From Azolla caroliniana (Eukaryota > Plantae > Polypodiophyta), in contig JBHGNT010000007.1 in assembly GCA_043228905.1 (NCBI GenBank), positions 1,364,001 to 1,428,000 on the forward strand: DNA of 64,000 nucleotides, written 5' to 3'. Within the stretch, counting starts at the first letter, position 1. Each line of letters begins with the position of its first letter. Under the pieces are notes generated by a model. It had not been told where the DNA came from. It searched no databases and saw nothing but the letters and a program-made list of their open reading frames with translations. Shown here piece by piece: positions 1 through 10,583 of the stretch. A program made the translations under genes and the position numbers.

Positions 1-2840
1 TGTTAAAGATTCCAATTCACATCTCCCAATCCAATTCAAAAGAATTCGATAATCAAAACATTACAACAACCTTGAAATTTCCAAGGTAAGAAGGAGAAGA
101 CATCAATTCAACTTATCACATTATCTTGAAGACTTTCTATAGTATAGGTGGATATCATTGCTAGATGGGCAAAGGCAAAACCAAAAGGAGATAAAATAAC
201 TCAATGTAACTTATTGATTGATTCAATTGGGTTTCTTACATTTAATGTGCTCACATACTTATGTACACCATCCTCTTCTTGTACTTCTTTAGATTCCTTG
301 CACTAGGTAACCATATAAGTTTATGTTAGAAACAAGAATGATTCACTTATTCCCTCATCATAGTCTTGAAAGAAATGACCAAAATAATTATATAAGGTGG
401 TAGTTAAAATAATTGGATACCAAAATGTGTTGGGATCGCAACACTTTGTACAATTGATATTGTGGTTGAAATCGTTGTACTATACAAAAATTTTATGAGA
501 GTAACGTTGTTTTGGTATTCATACCATGGTTGACTGAGACATTACATGCTTTGTTATTGTTCTTCATTCCATCAAAAGCTTTGTATATGGTTATTTAATT
601 ATCTATCTAGTTATATACATATTATAATGTATATTTCACATGGCCACTATTTTTATCAACTCAAACTTGAGATGTGTATCAAAAATAAAAAATAATGAGA
701 AGCCGTTTTCGAGTTTTTCAGACACATTTTGCAATGAATGGTTGATTTGGGTATCAGGTCCATGCATGAAGAATTGGTAAGAGACAAAAGAGAAAGACAA
801 AGAAAGAAACAAATGGTGAAGTCATTATACGAAAGAATAAAAGAATGAATTATTCAATAACTACAAGGGCGTGGTTCCCTAAGATTTAGTAAGAGAGAAA
901 GACAATGTCGACAACCATTAGAGAGGAGAAATTCATTCTCATAAAACTTAACGAAGTAGTGGAGTTGTTTATTGAATTTGTTTCCACTTACCATGTGGCG
1001 GATGCGAAGCATTAACATTTGATGATATATTAATTTCCAATTTGCAAACTCTTATGAATAAACGCTAGCTAGCAACTAGTGCAATGACATGAATAATTTT
1101 TACAATCTCAAGTTACAATACATAATCATGATAATAGTGAAAAACATGTCAATTACTTATCTGTATAATGACACAAAGGTGAAACTATGAATGCTTTTTC
1201 CAACAAACGTAACAATAGACACGTTGTCTTTTATGATTGTATAACTTCTAGCATACGCTAAAAGGTAGCATTTCACATTTTGCTTTCGCACAATCTTCTT
1301 TGATTGGGTGAAATTTGATATTTGTGGAAAACACATGGATACCTTGTATTACATTGAGAGCAAAGGATCATTTTTGAACATCTTCAATCCCATAAATTTT
1401 GACTGAGGGTTAAGAAAAGGTTAATATTTCTCATGCATTCAACAATGCTCCAAGCATATACATACAAATTTATTTTTTTATAAGCTTGGAAACGTCCCAT
1501 CTTGATCTCGGCAAGGTTCCTTGGACCATGTATGGCCAACAAGTGTAATGTTATCATGAGAAGGGTTTGAAAGATGCAAGTGGGACAACCACACATATAT
1601 TTACAGGCTTGGAAACCTCACATCTAATCTCGGCAAGGCTTCCTCAGACCGTGTAACATTGTTGCAAGAAGGGTGTGAAAGTTGCAAGCAGGACCACCGA
1701 GGATTTGACATAGGTAAGATGGCTTTAATAACATTGTCGATAAAGGGTTGTAGGGTTTGAGTATGTACGATGGCACATTGTCATTCTCCTAGTGTTTTCA
1801 CCCTTCTTAAATTACGTAGATGCACTTGTAAAAACTATGTGCTTGAGGTAATGTGATGTAGTGGGTGAAATGTGCATGTTCCTTTATGTGAAAAGCGATT
1901 TGATTCTGGGATCATGTATGTTAGAAAGTGTAAATATGTTCATTTTACTTATTGATTGGGTGCATACGTGTGTATGTGTTTGTATTAAATGTGTGTGTGT
2001 GTGTGCGTGTGTGCACATGAGTATGGAAATATGTTCGTATTCAGCATGTTAGAATGTGTGTAAATGGGTGTTGTGCAAGTAAATGTGCATATATTGTGTA
2101 TGTGCGCGTGCGAAGATTTGTACTTATTAAAAAGTGCTTGTGTGTGGTGAGTATGTGTATAAATAGATAGATGTGAGTTAGAAATGTGGGCGTCTACTCA
2201 TATGTGTTCCCGCATCAAATGCACGTCTACTCATATGTGTTCCCGCATCAAATGCACATAACTGAACTTAGTCTCCTCAGCCTTAGGAAATAGGAACATG
2301 ATGACTCTTTGCCAGAAGTTACTCCTTCGGGGTCTTTGTATGCAACAACTTCATGCAAAGGGCTTTTCCACCAATGGCTATAATATGTGAGATCACATCA
2401 TTTTGTTGCCTTCGTTACCATTGACAAGCTCCGAACCTTCGACCGATACAATTTGAAGGGATAGCTTGTACCATTTTGAGTTGTGAATGTGACCAGAATC
2501 GCATCTTGTGGTAAAACTCTAGGGTTTCGGCACGGTTCTCCCTTCGCACACATACCGTGCCGCCTCACGCTTGCTTCGTATTATATACTCACAATGAGAG
2601 GCCAAACGGGGCAAGACAGATGGACCCCCGCTCGCCAAACCCCCCGAGAACTTGATGGTTCAATGAGTCCGTAGCAACTTATGTATATGTACACAGTACA
2701 AGAATGTTACCTTGCTTATTTATGTTCATATCATTTTTTCAGTTGAATTGAATTTGTGTTCCTTGTTTTGATAAGACAATTTGGATTTTCACACTTTGGA
2801 TCCCCCCTTGTCCATGTCTTGTTTGGAGTGCTCATGGTAA

Positions 2841-2914
2841 TGTTAGGGTTAGTGTTAGAGTTAGGGTTAGGCTTAGAGTTAGAGTTAGGGTTAGGCTTAG
2901 GGTTAGGGCTAGGG
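2841..2914 (+). repeat. Degenerate (TTAGGG)n hexamer tract upstream of ACR3 copy 1
   Basis: About 12 units of TTAGGG/TTAGAG/TTAGGC/TTAGTG ending roughly 140 bp before the ATG. Confidence 0.85.
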
Positions 2915-3050
2915 TCCGTGACTAGGAATCTAGAACTAGGGCTACAGATAGAATTGGTCAGTTGAAGTGGTAGTGTTAGGATCAGGGTGTTGTTTTCTTT
3001 TCTTTGAAGTAAAGGAAAATTGAAGAATCGAGAGACATCTGAAGCTGCCA

Positions 3051-4399
3051 ATGGCCATGGATGTGGAGAGCTCTTCTCAACAGGGAAAGTCCAGCCTTCC
3101 TTCGGAGAACCAAGAAATGAATGCCCCTTGTGCTAAATGTGAGTTCAGAGAGAAAGAAAGAAAGGAGAAGTTTTTTTATTCTACTAAAAATTTGGTCCAC
3201 AACCCAATTCTTGTATGCCATTCATTGTTTTGAATCTTGATATTGAATTTGCTGTGTGGTTTTTTGAATGTATGTATGTAGCCAAAGGCATCTTCTGGCG
3301 TCTGTCATTGCTTGATAGATATCTTTATGTATGGATACTTCTAGACATGGTGATTGCCATCGTGATCGGTTACTATGTCGATGATGTGAAGAGCAAGTTC
3401 CAGATCGCCGAGATCGAGTCGGTGTCACTCCCGATCGCGGTCGGCTTATGGGTCATGATGTACCCCGTGCTTTGTAAGGTCCAATATGAATTGCTCTACC
3501 TAAACTTGTTCTCTAGATCATCATCGGCATCGCCAGGTTCAGCCCGAAATCATCCACCAAACTCCATGGCCATGTCTGGACCACAATCGACAAAGAGGTA
3601 TAGTAAAACTCATATGACAATTCTAAGCTTGATTCTGAATTGGGTCTTGGGCCCTGCTCTCATGACGGGTCTTGCGTGGGCTACTTTGCCCGACCTCCCG
3701 GGATTCCGTACCGGAGTCATCCTCGTGGGCATCGCGAGATGCATCGCGATGGTGTTGATATGGAACGACCTCGCCAATGGCGATCCTGACTATTGTGCAC
3801 TCCTTGTAGCCATGAATTCGATCATGCAAATCATATTGTTCACTCCCGTCGCGCTTTTCTACCTGAAAGTGGTGTCCCGGAACCACGGTTTCCATGTCGA
3901 CTCATGGGTCGTGGCCAAGAGCGTGTTTCTCTTCTTAGGGGTCCCGCTCGTGGCCGGAATGCTCACACGGTTTGTGATGATACGCCTTGCGGGACACCCT
4001 TGGTACAACGACAAGTTTTTACGCTTCATCGGCCCGTTTGCTCTTATCGGCTTGCTATATACCATCTTTGTGATGTTTTCCATTCAAGCTCATCACATTG
4101 TGGACAATGTTGTCCATGTCGTGAGGGTCGCGGTCCCAATGTTGATATACTTTGTGCTCGTGTTCTTCTCCTCTCTAGGCATATGTAATGTGATGAAGAT
4201 CCCATATGCCCTATCGATCACGCAAGCTTTCACTGCGGCTAGCAATAACTTTGAGCTAGCCATTGCAGTGGCTGTCGGGAGCTTTGGCATCGACTCTGAA
4301 GAGGCACTTGCGGCCACTATCGGCCCTCTCATCGAAGTACCTGTGTTGTTGTTGTTTGTGTATATTGTTGGATTCTTCAAACACAAATGGGCAAATTAG
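3051..4399 (+). CDS. ACR3: ACR3-family arsenite/H+ antiporter, copy 1 (2 exons: 3051-3138, 3282-4399)
   Basis: Multi-TM protein with ACR3 motifs MMYP, NWxxGPxLM, ARCIAMVLIW (conserved Cys), SNNFE and GPLIEVP. Exon 1 (MAMDVESS...NAPCAK) ends at a phase-1 GTGAGT donor (3139). Joining it to the TAG acceptor (3281) gives ...CAK-S-KGIFWRLS in frame. The start could instead be the second ATG at 3057, which aligns with copy 2. Confidence 0.95.
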
Positions 4400-5959
4400 G
4401 TTAAAAGCCTTGACATTAGTGGGATCAAATTAGCAGAATCAAAAGTTGGAAGCAATTGTTTTTTAATGCCCTGACTTTTTGCATTTCTTCAATGTTGCTT
4501 GTTGGGACACAAATGAAGGGAATGTTTTTTCTCCAGTATATTGGGGAGAAATTGAAGGCCTTAAATGTAGGAGAAAAGTATTCTTTTAATCCTTGGGTAA
4601 TTCTCATTAGGCAGTGTGCATAATATTGTTTTAGGAGAAATGGTGAAATTAGCTTCTTTTTTGTTCTATATTTTAGATAGGGTAAAGATGGTAAATATAA
4701 AGAAATGGTTGCAATATGTTGTTATCATATGTAATTGTATGAAAGAAAAGTGTGCATGTAATTTGGCGATTTGATCCATCATGAAATTTCGTCTTCACTA
4801 TAGGGCAAAACCATGTCTTGCTTGAACTTTGTGGAGGAAGACCTTGAATGTCACATTCCAAGATTTCTGCACTTTTTAGAGATTTAGACCCTATCATTAT
4901 CGAAATTCTAAGTGTTTGTGTACATCGGCACATATGTGTTAAGTTTTTAACAATGGTGTTTTCTTTAAGACATTAAATCGCTAGCTATTGCTAACCATGT
5001 GATGGGACACACTTCATGTATGTGTACATGTAGTAAAGTTATTTATTAATCTATTGACTTGCATATTATAATTTTGGGCAATTTATTTAATAACTTGAAT
5101 GTGAGATAGGTACAAATTGTCAAAGCAATGAGAAAAGTTTGTAGAGACTAGCCTCTAACGAAGTATTAACAAGAATATCACATTTATTTATGTCACAAAT
5201 GATTAATAAGAAATAGGAGAAAAAGTGAAAGATATAATAAATGCCACAAGCTATTAGGGAGGAGTAATTAATTCTAATGGACATTAGAATTCGACGAATG
5301 TGTCGAGTTGTCTGTTGATTCTTTATGTTTAACGTGTGGTAGCTACAAAATGTTTAACATTTAACGATATCCTAACCAACTTGTAAAGCCTAAGGAAAGT
5401 TTCACATTGCAACTAGTGTAACATATTTGGAGGTGTAAATATGAATACTTTTTTACAATCGTAATGATGGGACATAATCACTTTATTAGGTGTTTCCTTT
5501 AGAAAAAGAAATGTTATTCTTTTTAGGAGAGAAAAGATGCGAGCAGTTGACTATTCGATATGACAAATGATCTCAAAAGCAAAGAGTGGGCATGCCTTTT
5601 TCCAAAGAAGGTGGCATGGTTACGTGCACTTTGCTTTTTTTACGAGGGTTTGTAATTTCAAATAGATGTACGAAGGTGGCGCTTTTTTTCACATTCTGCT
5701 TGAGCGCGACTTGATTCGAACTAAGGGGTGATATTTGATTCGACATTTCCAAAGCACACACAAAAGGGATCTCTCACATGGCATCGAGAGCAAAATAGAT
5801 GGTATTTTTGAAAATCTCCCATCTAGAAATGTCTTTTGAAAAGTTACTATCTCTAGAGTCTATATATATACATTTGTGTGTGCATGCTTGTAAATGTCTT
5901 ATCTCAATGTCGACAATGTTTCGATAGAACACGTAAGGGAAGGGCCCATTGGGGATACA

Positions 5960-5962
5960 CAC

Positions 5963-6047
<85 letters not shown>

Positions 6048-6075
6048 ATACATTATACATTATACATTATACATA
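5960..6075 (+). repeat. (TATACA)n grading into (TATACAT)n microsatellite
   Basis: Directly visible. It accounts for the spurious MY/HI/YT-repeat ORFs. Confidence 0.95.
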
Positions 6076-6467
6076 TGCCGCTTGAAAGAAATATATGTAG
6101 CCCGTATACAATGACTCACATGAAGCGATGGAATATGTTGACAAAGATTCGGGTATATGCCCCACCCCCATGGAATGCAAACTCTCCATCGCGGCCCATG
6201 TCTGGGCCATAACCCTATGTACCAGAAAAAGCATTTGCCTAATTTTCCTTATTATTCCCAAATGAATTAAACTGGTTTTTGTTTTTGTTTTTATTTTACA
6301 TATTATATACATATAAGAATAGATGGAGAATCTGATCCTTTGGACCCTATGAAGAGGCAAGGAAGAAGGCCCTCAAGATTCTTTCTAATTACATAAATGC
6401 CCCCCCCCCCCTACCCTTTCCACAGACAGAGTTTCAAAAGCTTCTTTCAAGCAAGAAGAGAGCAAAA

Positions 6468-6469
<2 letters not shown>

Positions 6470-6520
<51 letters not shown>
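6470..6520. repeat. (TA)n microsatellite about 60 bp upstream of the ACR3 copy 2 ATG
   Basis: About 25 TA units, directly visible. Confidence 0.95.
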
Positions 6521-6522
<2 letters not shown>

Positions 6523-6579
6523 AGGCTCTCAGAATACTGGTTAAGAAAATCGAAGAACTGAGAGAGATCTGAAGCAGCC

Positions 6580-8191
6580 ATGGACGTGGAGAACTCTCCT
6601 CCACTGAAAGAGGGCAGTGTCCTTTTGAAGAACCAAGACATGAACGTGCCCTGTTCAAAATGTAAGTAGTCTGTGTGAAAGAGAAAAAGAATGCGATTTT
6701 TTTGCCCAAAACGTAAGCATGCATTTTGAAAATGAGAGGGATAGATTTTGGCCTAATTTGATATGTATATTATGAGGGAGAGTAGTTTTATGTGTAAAAC
6801 GAGAGGGATAGATTCTGGCCTAATTTGATATGCATATTATCAGGGATATGCATAGGAAGAAACATTTTGTCCTAGCATATATAGGGTTAGGGTTAGGGTT
6901 AGGGTTAGTGCGCTGCCCCCAAAATGTATATGCATTTTGTGCCTCTAAGCTTATTACAACGACAATCTTATAGATATTCTGATGTTTTTCAACTAATTTG
7001 GTCCTCAACCCAATTCTTGTATCTCATTCATTGTTTTGATATTGAATTTGCTGTGTGGTTTTTGAATGTATGTATGTAGCCAAAGGCATCTTCTGGCGTC
7101 TATCATTGCTTGACCGATATCTTTATGTATGGATACTTCTCGACATGGTGATTGCCATCGTGATTGGTTACTATGTCGATGATGTGAAGAGCAAGTTCCA
7201 AGTGGCCGAGATCGAGTCGGTGTCACTCCCTATCGCTGTGGGCTTGTGGGTAATGATGTACCCCGTGCTTTGTAAGGTCCAATATGAATTGCTCTACCAA
7301 AACTTGTTCTCTAAATCATCGGCATCACCAGGGTCAGCTCCAAATCCTCCAAGCTTTGTGCCTGTGTCTGGTCCACAATCGACAAAGAGGAATAGTAAAA
7401 CTCATATGACAATTTTAAGCCTGATTCTGAATTGGATAGTGGGTCCTGCCCTCATGACAGGCCTCGCCTGGGCTACTTTGCCAGACCTCCCGGGTTTTCG
7501 TACTGGAGTCATCCTCGTTGGCGTTGCAAGATGCATTGCTATGGTGCTGATTTGGAATGACCTTGCAAATGGCGATCCTGACTATTGTGCCCTCTTAGTA
7601 GCTGTGAATTCGATCATGCAAATTGTATTGTTCACTCCAGTTGCACTTTTCTATCTAAAAGTCATCTCCAGGAACCAGGGTTTTCAGGTAAACTCATGGG
7701 TTGTGGCAAAGAGCGTGTTGCTTTTCTTAGGGGTGCCGCTTGTGGCTGGGATGCTCACTCGTTTCGTAATGATACGCCTTGTGGGGCGCTCTTGGTACAA
7801 TAACAAGTTTTTACGATTCATCGGCCCATTTGCTCTTATCGGCTTGCTGTATACCATCTTTGTGATGTTTTCCATTCAAGCTCACAGCATAGTGGACAAT
7901 GTGGTCCATGTCGTGAGGGTCGCAGTCCCAATGCTGATATACTTTGTGCTCGTGTTCTTCTCCTCTCTAGCCATATGTAACGTGATGAAAATCCCATATG
8001 CCCTATCGATTACACAAGCTTTCACTGCAGCTAGTAATAACTTTGAGCTCGCCATCGCAGTGGCTGTCGGAAGCTTTGGCATCGACTCTGAAGAGGCACT
8101 TGCAGCAACTATCGGTCCCCTCATTGAAGTACCTGTGCTGTTGCTGTTTGTGTATATTGTTGGATTCGTCAAACACAAATGGGCAAATTAG
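6580..8191 (+). CDS. ACR3: ACR3-family arsenite/H+ antiporter, copy 2 (2 exons: 6580-6661, 7080-8191)
   Basis: Close paralogue of copy 1 with the same motifs. Exon 1 MDVENSPP...NVPCSK, phase-1 GTAAGT donor at 6662 and acceptor at 7079, the same intron position as copy 1. Confidence 0.95.
6883..6908 (+). repeat. Perfect AGGG(TTAGGG)3TTAG tract in the ACR3 copy 2 intron
   Basis: AGGGTTAGGGTTAGGGTTAGGGTTAG read directly; four GGG runs. Confidence 0.9.
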
Positions 8192-9054
8192 ATGAAAGTG
8201 TTGAATTGGTGGAACAAATTAAAATGCCTACTTGCAGGGACAAATGTTCTGTCAACCCCCTCATTGACGTATGAGTATTGTTGTAACAGAAATTGCTCGA
8301 CTCTTCTAACAGAAATAGGCAAATTGGATGAAAGTCTCTAGTTGTTGGGACAAATTAAAATGCCTGCTCTGAGGGACAGAATTTAAAATTATTTTTTAAT
8401 TCTTGGATATTGCTGTAAATAATATTGGATGTGTTTGGAAAACAAATATGCCCAACTCAACATTATTTATTTTTCTTTGATATAGTTATTTGGTTGAGTA
8501 CATTTATTGCTGTGAGAACAATGGTCAGATTAACATTGATTTTGTTTGACACTATTCTCAGAACAAATTTAAGCTCTTCAATATAGCATAATATAAAAAA
8601 TATAAATAAATTGTTGCAATAAGTTCCATCATATCTAGATAGTATGAAAGAAAGACCGCATGCTTTTATGAATTTAGAGATATGATGTAGGAATTGATTC
8701 ATCATGTAATTCATCATTTCTATGATTCATAACCAATTCTTGCTTGAACTTTTCTTTTGGTAGTGACAGATTGAAACCCATATTAAATAAGATGTAGTGT
8801 TTCATTTCTCTGTTAAGCCCTGCTTATTTCAAATACTTTCAATAAATATGGAAGGACGGATGACCACTATGAATATCTCTTGACATGCAAAGTGGAAAGG
8901 AAAGGATATGTCATGGTGCTTGAAGAAAGTTAGTTGTATGAAAACAATTGAAGGATACAAAAAAATAAAACTCATAAGTGAGAGAAACCCCAGGGTGAGA
9001 GACTCTTGAAGTTTCTGTAATTGTACTGAAGTTAGGCTTAGAACAAATTCATTG

Positions 9055-9650
9055 ATGTGCTCAATTCAATCATGGTTGATTATTATGTGGACCGAATGAA
9101 AAGCGTGTTTGAAATCATGGAAATTGAATTGTGTTTGAAATCATGGAAATTGAATTGGTCTTGTCCCAGATCGCAATGGTACTGCAGACCACAGGGTACC
9201 CATGCTTTGGATTCCCCGATACCAATTTATCTTCCTAAGAAACCTGTTGTCTAAATTGGAGTCAGGAGTTACCTCCTGGGTTGAATAAGACTGATAGCAA
9301 TACTCAAATGGTATGGCTGATCTTCTTGATTTTAGATCAATGTCAGCATTATTGGGGTTGAGATGTATAGCAATGGTGTTGATACAGAACGACCTAGCAA
9401 TTACTGATCCCCACTCGTGTTCTCTTTACAGCTGTGAATTGAATAATGCCAATCATTTTGTTCGCTCCACCAAAATGACACCCCGACGTAGCACGAACTC
9501 ATCTTGGACATGCTCGGCAACAGCTACGTACCTTTCATCGGACAGTTTTGCGCTCTCATCAGCCTTCTCTGTGATGTTCCTTATTGAAGCCCACTGCATG
9601 GTGACCAGCAGTGTCCATATACTGAGAGTTTGGGAACCCTTGTCCACATA
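9055..9650 (+). pseudogene. ACR3: Decayed third ACR3 copy
   Basis: Colinear ACR3-like fragments in different frames with deletions: IMVDYYVDRMKSVFEIMEIE (cf. IVIGYYVDDVKSKFQIAEIE), LGLRCIAMVLIQNDLAITDPHSCSL (cf. VGIARCIAMVLIWNDLANGDPDYCAL) and VMFLIEAHCMVTSSVHILRV (cf. VMFSIQAHHIVDNVVHVVRV). Confidence 0.85.
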
Positions 9651-10176
9651 TACATACATGCATATGTATATATTTATTTATTTATTTATATATCATATGT
9701 TGGAAGTTTTCAGAACACAAAATTAATACCTACAAAAACTTAATTATAAAGAGAGCTAAACCTTCAGCAACTAGCAGCCTTATCGTCAAGGGACACCATG
9801 TCAATTTCATGACATGAACATTTTTCTCTTGGTATGAATAAAATTAAAAGACGTAATACCATTGTGTAACACATCAATACAATCAAAAAGTCCTGCATTA
9901 AGACTAGGATCATAGTTCCAATTCTAAGATATATTTTGTCATGGTTCTATTTAGAACTAGTTCTAATTCTATGCATCATCATGTTGTCCTCACACTAATT
10001 GTGGGGGGGTTTCCACCCCAATGAAAGCCACGACAGTTTCGTTAATAAGTAAAAAGTTGGGGCTATTTGGGCATTTTCAGCCCCCTTTTATACTCTTAAT
10101 ATGCCACCATAATGGGGTAGCAAAACAAAAGAAAACCTGATAATTAGAAAATCAAAAGTGAAATAGAAATTCAGAA

Positions 10177-10180
<4 letters not shown>

Positions 10181-10225
<45 letters not shown>
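10181..10225. repeat. (GA)n microsatellite
   Basis: Directly visible. Confidence 0.95.
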
Positions 10226-10227
<2 letters not shown>

Positions 10228-10583
10228 AAAACAATCTGAACTGGTTTTGTTGTGTTTGCTTGTCAATTGGCATTTTAACTCCCCTTTTTCCCATTGCTAC
10301 TTCACCAAAAACCTTAAACCAGTGTCATAATGCTCCAGACATAAAAACCTCCAGACAGCAAGATTGCACCATATCGATAATTACAAGCTTTGTATTCATA
10401 AGAGATTTAAGCACAAAACAAGAAAACTAGAACACACAAAGATGTCTTTGTGCATATAAATGTGTTCCATACATTCTTGCAACACAAACTGAGATTGTGT
10501 GTAGCTGTAATGTTCCATATCCTTCAAATGGAGAATTGTTACAAGACAATCAAGATATTTATATATTATAACATTTTCGGCCT

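Noticed and set aside
2731-3051. PN-repeat and LG-repeat ORFs, and the MY/HI/YT ORFs at 5774-6212
   Set aside because: They are translations of hexamer microsatellites.
3215-3281. ORF-track N-termini of ACR3 (MPFIVLNLD..., and MVFECMY... at 7055)
   Set aside because: These are intron sequence upstream of the AG acceptor. The homologous upstream exons with canonical donors give better starts.
3282-4399. Nearly intronless ACR3 as bacterial contamination or recent horizontal transfer
   Set aside because: Both copies have a spliceosomal intron, sit among plant genes and TEs, and resemble known fern ACR3.
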